Shown here in pieces: positions 1 through 9,400 of a stretch of DNA of 64,000 nt; positions within the stretch are counted from its first letter, which is position 1; each line of letters starts with the position of its first letter. The translations under genes and the position numbers were made by a program. The notes below the pieces were generated by a model. The model did not search any database, was not told the origin of the DNA, and saw only the letters and a program-made list of their open reading frames with translations. The DNA comes from Naegleria gruberi (lineage: Eukaryota). The stretch lies in the NCBI GenBank assembly GCA_000004985.1, contig GG738854.1; one strand, 5' to 3'.

Positions 1-1
1 T

Positions 2-2479
2 AAGATCCTCTTTGCAAATATTCTCTCAGTATTGGGTATGTCCTTGTCCATTGAAGGTGAAAGGGATTGTTTGAAATACATGTTGGAAGCTGATGATGAT
101 GAATTTGATAAGTGGGGACACGAATATGTTAGATCTCTTGCTGGAGAAATCGGAGAAGAATATCAAACAAGACTCCAAGAAAAGATCCAAATGCAAGAAA
201 GAATAATACAAGAAACTGGTGATGATATGGTCATTGATACTGACTTTAAACCTGAGGAAATTATGGATATTCTTACACTTGTTAACAAGATTGTTCCATA
301 CTTTATGAAGAGTGCTTCTGAACCTGAAGCTTGTGATTTACTTATCGAAACTGAAAAGTTATCAAAGATTGTCGATTATTGTGATGAAACAAATTATACT
401 CGTGTTTGTTTATACTTGGGTGGTGTTTCTAAATACTTTATTGAACCTGAGAATACTCAAACTTTAAAGATTGTGTACGATATTTATAGAAAGCTTAACA
501 AACTTCCAGAATCACTCCGAATTGCTATGCAATTAAATGATATTGGTCTTATTAAGGATACATTCTTCAGCTGTGATGATAGCCTCTTAAGGAAACAACT
601 TGCTCTCATGCTCGGAAGAGGTAATTATAAATTCTCAGTTGCTGATCAACTTGAAGATGAAGGTGCTGAATTGGAAGAAATTATGGGTAACTGCAAGTTG
701 AGTCAATACTTTTTGTATTTGGCTAAACAATTGGATTCTCTTGAACCAAAGACTCCAGAAGATGTCTACAAATCACATCTCTCTGAAACAAGATCAACTT
801 TGACTCAAAATGTTGACTCTGCTCGTCAAAACCTTGCTTCATCATTTGTTAATGGTTTTGTCAATGCTGGTTTTGGTACAGACAAGTTGATTAAATCTGA
901 AGATTCTTGGATTTATAAGAATAAGGATGCTGGTATGCTCAGTGCTGTTGCTTCATTGGGTTTGATTTATTTGTGGAACTATGAAGAAGGTTTGATGGAA
1001 ATTGACAAGTATTTGTATAGTAGTGATAATAACATTAAGGCTGGTGCTTTACTCGCCATTGCCAATTTCAGTGCTGGTATTAGAACTGAAGCTGATCCTG
1101 CTTTGGCTATCTTACCTGAACATGTTGAATCTGGTCTTCCTAGAGAAGTCAGAATTGCTTCAATTCTCGGTCTCGGTATTGCTGGTGCTGGTAGTGCTAA
1201 TGAACAAATCTTCCAATTGTTAATTCCAATCATTGTTGATCCTGATCAACCAATGGAAATTGTATCATTTGCTGCTTTGTCTTTGGGTATGATCTTTGTA
1301 GGTACAATGAATGAAGATATTACAGAATCACTCATTCAAGTTTATCTTGAAAGAAGTGAAAAGGATCTTGCTCATCCATTAGCTAAGTTTGTTGCTTTGG
1401 GCTTAGGTATGCTCTTCTTGGGTAAACAAGAAGCTGTTGATTCTGTTTGTGAATCCATCATGACTACTGTTAATGCCAAGTTGGCCAAGTTTGTTACTTT
1501 GACTGTTGAAGTTTGCGCTTATTGTGGTACTGGTAACGTTTTGAAGATTCAACAATTGTTGAAGATTTGTGGTGAACATCCTGAAAAGCCAAAGAAGGAA
1601 GAAGCTCAACCAAGTCAAGGTGCTCAAGCTAGTGCTTCTGCTGCTACTACTGAAAAGAAGGAAGAGGAAGAAGATGTTTTGACCAATACTTATCATGGTG
1701 TTGCTGCTTTGGGTATTTCTTTAATTTGTATGGGAGAAGATTTGGGTTGTGAAATGGCTAATAGATCATTCGGTCACTTGCTCCAATATTCTGAAATGGG
1801 AGTTAAGAGAGCTGTTCCACTTGCTATGAGTTTATTGAATGTTTCTAATCCAGACATGGCAGTTATGGATACTTTGAGCAAATTGTCTCACGATAATGAT
1901 GCAGAACTTTCTCAAAATGCCATCTTTGCTTTGGGTGTTATTGGTGCCGGTACTAACAATGCTAGAATTGGCCAATTGCTCAGACAATTGTCAACATATT
2001 ATCAAAAGGAACCAAACCACCTTTTCATTGTTCGTGTTTCTCAAGGTTTATTGTCCACTGGTAAGGGTTTGATAACAATGAATCCATTCTACTCTGATCG
2101 TTCCATCCTTTCTCAATCCCAATTGTGTGGTTTGATGACTCTCCTCTTTACTGGTCTCGACTTTAAGAATACCATCTTGTCTAACTATCACTACTTGTTG
2201 TATACTGCTGCTTCTGCCATGTATCCAAGAATGCTTGTTTTGGTTGATGAAAACCTTGAACCAGTTCAAGCTAACGTTCGTGTTGGTCAATCAGTTGATG
2301 TTGTTGCCCAAGCTGGTAAACCAAGATCAATCACAGGTTTCCAAACACATAAGGCTCCAGTCATCCTGCAGTTCGAAGAAAGAGCTGAATTGGCCTCTGA
2401 AGAGTTCATTCCACTCAGTTCAACACTTGATAATGTAATTATTGTAAAGAAGAATCCAGAATATGAAGCTGAAATCTAA
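2..2479 (+). CDS. PSMD2: 26S proteasome regulatory subunit Rpn1/PSMD2, 5'-truncated at the window edge (single exon in window)
   Basis: The 815-aa ORF is collinear with human PSMD2 from about residue 100 to the C-terminus. Shared segments include ERDCLKYML..WGHEYVRSLAGE, DSARQNLASSFVNGFVNAGFG, PC-repeat ALGISLI, VRVGQSVDVVAQAGKPRSITGFQTH and the C-terminal NPEYE. The frame is open back to nt 2, so the N-terminus lies upstream of the window. Confidence 0.95.
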   Translation, partial: KILFANILSVLGMSLSIEGERDCLKYMLEADDDEFDKWGHEYVRSLAGEIGEEYQTRLQEKIQMQERIIQETGDDMVIDTDFKPEEIMDILTLVNKIVPYFMKSASEPEACDLLIETEKLSKIVDYCDETNYTRVCLYLGGVSKYFIEPENTQTLKIVYDIYRKLNKLPESLRIAMQLNDIGLIKDTFFSCDDSLLRKQLALMLGRGNYKFSVADQLEDEGAELEEIMGNCKLSQYFLYLAKQLDSLEPKTPEDVYKSHLSETRSTLTQNVDSARQNLASSFVNGFVNAGFGTDKLIKSEDSWIYKNKDAGMLSAVASLGLIYLWNYEEGLMEIDKYLYSSDNNIKAGALLAIANFSAGIRTEADPALAILPEHVESGLPREVRIASILGLGIAGAGSANEQIFQLLIPIIVDPDQPMEIVSFAALSLGMIFVGTMNEDITESLIQVYLERSEKDLAHPLAKFVALGLGMLFLGKQEAVDSVCESIMTTVNAKLAKFVTLTVEVCAYCGTGNVLKIQQLLKICGEHPEKPKKEEAQPSQGAQASASAATTEKKEEEEDVLTNTYHGVAALGISLICMGEDLGCEMANRSFGHLLQYSEMGVKRAVPLAMSLLNVSNPDMAVMDTLSKLSHDNDAELSQNAIFALGVIGAGTNNARIGQLLRQLSTYYQKEPNHLFIVRVSQGLLSTGKGLITMNPFYSDRSILSQSQLCGLMTLLFTGLDFKNTILSNYHYLLYTAASAMYPRMLVLVDENLEPVQANVRVGQSVDVVAQAGKPRSITGFQTHKAPVILQFEERAELASEEFIPLSSTLDNVIIVKKNPEYEAEI

Positions 2480-3243
2480 ATAAATTGTTAATATATTATT
2501 TGTAAAATTTATATCTCGTATAATTCACGTAGTTCATTTGCTAAAACTATTCTTGCCTTAGCTCACCAAAAACATTTAATCACTGTCTTATTTACGAATT
2601 ATTCAGCAATGAAGCCGTTAGGAGAAAGATTGCCAGCTTACAATATGATTACGTATGCTCGAACTTGGAGAAAGTGATCCTATTCGTCAATTTGTTGTTT
2701 GGGGTTCATGAAAATGGATGCCGAAGTATTGTTTGCCTCAACAAAATTCCTCTAGAGGAATGTAGGGAAAGGATGAGAGAGCTTGGATTCCCTCAAGACT
2801 TGGAACAGGTATTTATTATAAATAAACGACTGATAGGTAACGTTATTTACAGGTGATGCTTACTTCCTAATAATGGCCCAACGATCCAAAGTTAAACCTT
2901 TAGAATAAAATTAACAACTTTGCAAACCAAATTCTAACGATAATAATGCGCAGAGTTAGTGCAATTAAAGAACGTAAGATCTTATCATTCTACAAACACC
3001 CTTTCTAAAATCAGTCAAATAGTACTTTCAAATTGCCACTCTATCAAAATTAAGCGCATCGATGGAATAATAAAAAACACCAAAAAGTCCATAGCCTCAA
3101 TCACTCAATCAAATTGTTGTTGAATAAATGTCCTCCACGGCGCATATTTTGTTATTTTTAAATAGCTCTGTTATCAAATGAAATTCTTGAAAAAACAAAG
3201 CAACAACAAGATAACAAAATAACAAAATAACAATATAAACAAA

Positions 3244-3656
3244 ATGAAGGGTCCAAGATTTTACTATGACTACAGCTACAGAATGAGACCAAGAATATTC
3301 CCAAGATTCTTCTTTGGTATGCTCGTGGGTGGTTTCGTTGGCTATGCTTGGGGAAGAAACAATAATTGCAATCAATCTCATCAGAATCATTTCGGTCCAT
3401 TCTGTGGTTCTCGTGATAGACACAATGGTTGGGATAATAGAAACAGTTACAATCCAAACCACCAACAAGCTTTCAATAATCAAACTTATCCAACTCAATA
3501 TACTACTCAGCAAAACAACAACCTCAACAATATTATCCTCAAAATGGTCAACCTCAACATCTTCAAATATTACAACAACCTTCCCATCCAGTTGTTAGTA
3601 ATAATCCAGTGAATATGAATAATCCTGAAGAAAACAAGCCAACCAATCAAAATTAA
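3244..3656 (+). CDS. Small hypothetical membrane protein with one TM helix and a Q/N/P-rich tail; apparent 1-nt frameshift near 3515
   Basis: There is an aaaATG start context at 3244 and a hydrophobic helix FFFGMLVGGFVGYAW. The Asn/Gln-rich tail continues in another frame as QQPQQYYPQNGQPQHLQ...KPTNQN* to a TAA at 3654-3656. The frame break lies in an A/C-rich run. Confidence 0.35.
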
Positions 3657-3702
3657 GCACAGCCACCAAATCAAATGTAAATAAATATATTCTTATGAAG
3701 AA

Positions 3703-4030
3703 CTACTTTTTCTTAATATATTTATGATGTTTGTATCCATAGGCATTGAGTTTTTTCAAAATAGATTGTGCAATGCTGGTATTTGGAATGACACATCCAC
3801 AAATCAATTCATTAAACACAAAATCATCTGAAACTCTGTAATTGGTATAACCCAACCAATTCAATATACATACTTGCGTGTGTGAAATCAAAACCTACCC
3901 ACAACAAATGGAATCCCAATCGATCAGAAACCAACATGAAGAATGTCTCTGCATGATAAATGGATGGGAATCCTCGGTAGGGAATTAACTTGGCATTGGA
4001 ATTATGAAAGGTGACTCCTGATTTCTTCAT
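3703..4030 (-). CDS. Hypothetical small protein (about 100 aa) with two exons and a putative ~40-nt intron near 3845-3885
   Basis: Two minus-strand ORFs (3824..4030 and 3703..3891) join through a GTATGT...CAGAG intron to give MKKSGVTFHN...WVGFDFTHA / ISDDFVFNELICGCVIPNTSIAQSILKKLNAYGYKHHKYIKKK*. No recognisable domain. Confidence 0.25.
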
Positions 4031-4209
4031 GAGAAAGTTGCTACAAATTGTGTTGAAGAAGCTTTCAATTTTCTACATGCACATCTTCCAATTTACTACT
4101 GTTAGAGAGTTCTTTCGCGTGGTAGCTAGTGACAATGATGAAAATCCCTCTTTTTCAACAACGGTCTACAAAATAGAAAAACATTTTGCAGTGGTGATAA
4201 TAGAAGAAT

Positions 4210-5394
4210 TTATTGGTTCTTGTTGTGATTGACCAAGAAGGTTCCAATAAATGTTCCCTTGTAGAATGTTCTGAATCCTTCTTTTGCATGGACTTGTTTG
4301 AAACAATCGATTGGACTTGTGTATTGATTGACCAAGTCAGTTCTATATCTCAGGATGGAAAATCTGAGTGGAGACAACAAGGCATCCTGAATCAAATCAA
4401 TACTAGTCGATTGGAATTTGTTGAAGAGAGCTAATTGTTCTCCAGAGAGTGCAATCTGTCCAACTGTACTACTTCCACATGAATCCAATCCAAATAATTT
4501 ACTAAAAAGTAAACTCATTCCACTTCTTAATAAGGAATCTGATGTTTCGTACAAGATATTCTCAAGAATAGACCATCCAAAACCTCTAAACCATCCATTC
4601 ACAACACCATTTTGTTCCTTAATAAATTTCAAAGATTGAACAAGAGAATTACTTGTTGCTGATTCTACTTTTGCTTCTCCTCTCTTGAATTTCATTAAAC
4701 ATGAAGTGTCAATTGGATAATTCATAGCCATTAAGAGAATATCATCAATTCTTCTAATCAATTGACTAACCATTGGTGATGCTTCATAATTTTCACACAA
4801 AGTATCCATTATTGGCATTTGAATACTCACAGTATAGAGTGTAGAAAGCAAGAATTTGGCAATCGGTCCCATTACTTGTCTATTACTAATACATGCCAAC
4901 AAGCCATTCTCTCTATAAACTTTAGCCAAATAATCCTTCACTCCACCTGAATAAAATCCCTCCAAATCAAGTGTTAATCTCTCTCTCGATAGGATGAAAC
5001 TAACAAGATCATACCACAAGGTCATTCCATTAATTAATAATTTGGATTTTCCTCCGAATATTTTGTTGTTTTCAGCATTATCCAATTTGTTATCTTGCTG
5101 CTCTTGAACATTAATTACTACTACTTGATTGGAAGAACCATTCGATGATGATGTTGATGATGATGGTGATGATGGAGAAGCAGAATTTGAGCCTTGTTGT
5201 GCAGGAGAATGAATGAAAGGAATACTATCAGGGAGGAATCCATCAATAAATTCTCTCACTCTTTTCCAAATTCGTGATTTAAATTGATTTCTTATCAAAT
5301 TGGTCACCAAACGATCCGACCAAGTCTTACGTTGCTTCTTGTGTGTGAGGTGGTGCTTCTTCTTTTGCTTCTTGTCCCTTCTTTTGAAAGCCAT
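4210..5394 (-). CDS. Hypothetical protein with a basic N-terminus, a Ser-rich tract and a globular C-terminal domain; family not recognised
   Basis: A single 404-aa ORF with no introns. The real ATG is at about 5394 (aaaaaaATGgct, MAFKRRDKKQKKK). There is no recognisable domain. Confidence 0.5.
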   Translation of the reverse strand: MAFKRRDKKQKKKHHLTHKKQRKTWSDRLVTNLIRNQFKSRIWKRVREFIDGFLPDSIPFIHSPAQQGSNSASPSSPSSSTSSSNGSSNQVVVINVQEQQDNKLDNAENNKIFGGKSKLLINGMTLWYDLVSFILSRERLTLDLEGFYSGGVKDYLAKVYRENGLLACISNRQVMGPIAKFLLSTLYTVSIQMPIMDTLCENYEASPMVSQLIRRIDDILLMAMNYPIDTSCLMKFKRGEAKVESATSNSLVQSLKFIKEQNGVVNGWFRGFGWSILENILYETSDSLLRSGMSLLFSKLFGLDSCGSSTVGQIALSGEQLALFNKFQSTSIDLIQDALLSPLRFSILRYRTDLVNQYTSPIDCFKQVHAKEGFRTFYKGTFIGTFLVNHNKNQ

Positions 5395-6456
5395 TTTTTT
5401 GAACTTTGCTATCAATGCACGCAAGTGTGAAAGATTTCACATGTATTGATTGGGTTCATTTATTTAATAAGAATAACTTTCCTATTACTAATCTATTACT
5501 AATCTATTGTGTCATTGTTCCTAATCAGTTCTAAACTGTTGAGGTTTTAACAGTCTCCATTTCAACAGCATAATTACTTGAATCTGAAGGTTGAGCTACT
5601 TGTTCAACTGAAACACTTCTCGAAATGGCAGTTCTCAAAACACCAATTTGAGTTGGTTTTGATATGGACATTGACAAATAATTGTTTCTTGGTTAACAAC
5701 AACTTTACAATTATTTTCTCGTCTAACTTGAGTGATATTCCAAATTGAAATACATGAATATTCGAATGATTGCTCACTTCTAGAGGAAAATTGCTCATTT
5801 CTTGGGAATGAGAAGGAAATGGACTGATTCATTTGGAGGTCTCTTAAAAAGGAAAAACTAATAATATTAGAATAATCTGTGTGAGAAATGGAGTGTAACA
5901 GAAATGTCTTTTTTCTTTTGGTTGAGATTCATTTGGTTGAACCAAATTAAAACAACAATATTCAATAAGATAAAGAACTTGTTAAAACCAAATTGGCTAG
6001 AAGTATTTTACAGTTTGGAAGTTTGGAGAAGATTGTCCACTTTTTTATACTTCACAACAAGTTTTGCAAACAAGAATTGGTTGAAACCTTTTCAGTCTTG
6101 GAACGATTTGAGAGTTTTAGATTGTCCAAAACCATTAGTGATAAAGTTGTCAAGATAATACAGGTATTGGATATTCATTCCATGCTAATTGACATGAAGA
6201 TTTCTGTCGAATAAAAATCCTGAAAAGGTTGAAAAAGTTTATCGTGAGGTTTGTTTCTATCACAAACTTCGGACTTCGGCAAAATTCTCATGACCATGAG
6301 CAACTCTCTTGATTGGACAGCCATATCCGTGAGATAGACATGTGACTATGTAACTATTCGAATCCCGAGAGAATGCAAAATAAACACTTGTTAAATTGCT
6401 TTAGAATAACTTGTTATCAAAAAAAACAACACAAACCAATCTTAATAGCAACTTGA

Positions 6457-9400
6457 ATGTTTCGTTTCTTCTTATTGATAACACTCACACTTGCAGGTTT
6501 CGTGCACCAGCAGATGCATGTCAGTGGAGCCGAATCCAATGTTAAATACATAGTCAAGACCTATTCAACTCTACCAGCCAACACCAATCCAAATGCCATT
6601 CAATTCTATAACCACAAGATGTATGTAACAGGTTCCACTAATAACATCTATGCAGTTTCGAATAATGGAAGTTATACCATCGTAAACCCAATATCCACTT
6701 TGGATGCTCCAACAGGAATACATATTGTGGATGATTGGCTCTATGTTTCTAATAGTGGATCTCAGAAAGTTTCCAAGATGTATTTAAATGATTCTCCAAT
6801 TCAAGTATTTGATGTTTTAACATTTTATCCTAATACGAATCTTTTTGTTTTATCAGAAAGTGAATTGTATGCAGTCGATAAGAATAATAACTTGATTCGA
6901 CACTGGAAGGATAGTTCCTTTGCATTGGTTAGTGTTGGCAGTCTTAATGGACCGAATGGAATTTTTATTCGAAACAATACTATTTACTTTACCGAAAATG
7001 GAGCTCGTACATTGAAAGCAATCGATCAAAATAATCAAATTTCAATTCTTGCTTCAGATATTAATGCGTATTCAGTATATGTCACTGAAGATAATGTCAT
7101 TTTCTTTACAGATTATGTTGGTAGCCTAATTTGGAGAATTAAAGACGGTCAATCTTCGGTAATTGCTGGATATTCAGGAAGTTCTGGTAATGATAATAAG
7201 GAGAATGTCAATGCCACTTCTAGTAGTGTAACTCTTCCTACTGGAATAACATTTGACAACTTGACAGGTATAATTTACTTTGCAGAAATTTCCAATCAAC
7301 GAATTCGTGGATTGATTCCATATTGTGAAACAGCTGGACATTACTTGAATGCACAAAAGTCACGTTGTGTGTCAAGTGTCTGTTCAGGAGTTGACAGCAC
7401 CAACTCTTCTGTTTGTTCATCACGTGGTATTTGTAATCAAACCAATCAATGCTCATGCCAATCAAAGTATTTTGGTGATAATTGTGAATTGACAAGTTGT
7501 AATGGAATTCAAAGTAATTCAAATTTGGTTTGTTCTGGAAATGGAACTTGTCAAGATTACAATTTTTGTAATTGTAAGAATGGTTTGCTTGGAAAGAATT
7601 GTCAAATTGCAACTTGCTTTGGAATTTTATCCAATCAAACAAGTGCTTGCAGTAGTGGAAGAGGTATTTGTCAAGGAATGGATTTTTGTAATTGTTCGAA
7701 AGGTTTCGTCGGCCAAGATTGTGCTGAACATACATGTGGAGGCATTTCTTATAATAACACAGCAACTTGTTCTGGAAATGGAACGTGTGTTGGTGTAGAT
7801 AGCTGTTCTTGCAAGGAGGGTTTTTATGGAGATAACTGTCAAATGCCAAAATGTTTTTCAATCATGTCAAATGACACGAGTGTTTGCTCTGGTAATGGAG
7901 AATGTATTGGAAAAGATAAGTGCAATTGTAAGAGTGATTATTCTGGATATCGTTGTGAAATAACTTCATGTTTCGGTATCCCATCAAACTATTCGAATGT
8001 TTGTTCTGGAAATGGAAATTGCACTTTCAAAGATTTCTGTAATTGCACATTTGGATATTTAGGTAAACAATGTGAAGTTGCTCCTTGTTATGGAATTCCA
8101 GCAAATTATTCGAATGTCTGTTCTGGAAATGGAAATTGTAATGGAAAAGATAATTGTAATTGTCAACCAGGATTTTCAGGAAATCAATGTGAAATTCCAA
8201 CTTGTTTTGGAATTTTGGGAAACAGTTCAATGGCGTGCTCTGGCAATGGAGAATGTCAAAATTTAGATCAATGCAATTGTAATTCAAATTATACTGGATC
8301 AAAATGTGATGTTCCTATATGTTTCGGTATTGCAAAAAGTTCTAGTTTAGTTTGCTCAGCTATTGGAAATTGTACGAAACCTGATTTTTGTGAATGTCCA
8401 TCAAATTATGAAGGATACGAATGTCAATTTCGCATCACTCCAAGAAAATTACAAACTAATGGCATTCCAACTGCAATTGTCCAAGGAATTTCCACAACTT
8501 TTGATTTGAAAGTTATTGGAATGGAATTGAGAACATTTAGTGATCTAGTCAACTCGAGAAAGGATTGTGGAGTGACATGTTCACTTTCTTTATCATATAG
8601 TTGGTATTTGAAGGATAGAGACAATGGTTCACCGTTAATTATCCAACATTCGAATACCGCATTTGGAAATACGAAATATCTTTCGTCTTCAACTTTCCAG
8701 TTGACTTTCTCACCTGTTATTTCAATTGGTTTTACTAGAATTTTAAGTAGAAATGTAACTTTGACATTTGAAATTGTATCTGGTGGTGAAAATGTTTCAA
8801 TTTCTCAAGATATCTTGATTATTTCACCTCTGTTGAGAACTAAAGGTTTAGGTAAGATTCAACCAAGTTCTGGAATCGCACTTGGTTCCTTATTTTCAAT
8901 AGAGGAAGATAAGAATCTTTGGACAGTCTCGGAAGAAAGTAAGAAATATCTTGAACCTTTTCAATTTGCCTTTGGTTTCTTTTACAATCAAGAATTAGTA
9001 AGAATCTCTGATTTTTCCATAAATGGGATGGATTTATTGTTCCTTCCATATTTGAACGCAAATAATAGTAATGGACAAAGTGAAAATTTGGATATTTATG
9101 TTATCTGTAAGGATGCTTTAAAGAATGAATATTCTTCTCTTATTGGTACTGTTTCAATTAGTCCAAATTTGGTAAACACAGTTGAAGAATTGAAAAATCA
9201 AATTGATGATATTGCACGCATTATTCCTTATGACTCTTCATGGAAGTTTAGAGATCTGAAAGAATACAGCTCTGTTATTATCGAGTCTGTCAGCAAGTTG
9301 AGTATTGACATTAATAATCCATCAAATACTTTAACAACTCTTCGACAATTGACAAGCCAAAGTGTTGCTTCTTCTTACCAAGTTGGTTCTATCATTAATG

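Noticed and set aside
979-1696. Antisense and alternative-frame ORFs inside PSMD2 (979..1233 -, 1002..1223 +, 1403..1696 -)
   Set aside because: They lie entirely within a strongly homology-supported CDS. They are typical shadow ORFs.
3109-3513. 134-aa minus-strand ORF with TM-like hydrophobic stretches
   Set aside because: It is antisense to the small plus-strand gene that has a proper aaaATG start, and it has no start context of its own. It is probably an artefact of AT-rich sequence.
4210-5394. Assigning the 404-aa protein to the mitochondrial carrier family
   Set aside because: Superficial EG..(F/Y)KG and P..R-like words are present, but the three-fold ~100-aa repeat with P-x-[DE]-x-x-[KR] signatures is absent.
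6340-6380. tRNA-like T-loop word TTCGAATCC in the intergenic region upstream of the giant receptor
   Set aside because: Only the 9-mer is present. No acceptor stem, D-arm or anticodon-arm complementarity could be built around it on either strand.
7174-8302. Multiple minus-strand ORFs inside the EGF-repeat region of the receptor (for example 7238..7861 -, 8027..8302 -)
   Set aside because: These are mirror ORFs of a repetitive Cys-repeat coding array. The plus-strand product has coherent domain structure.
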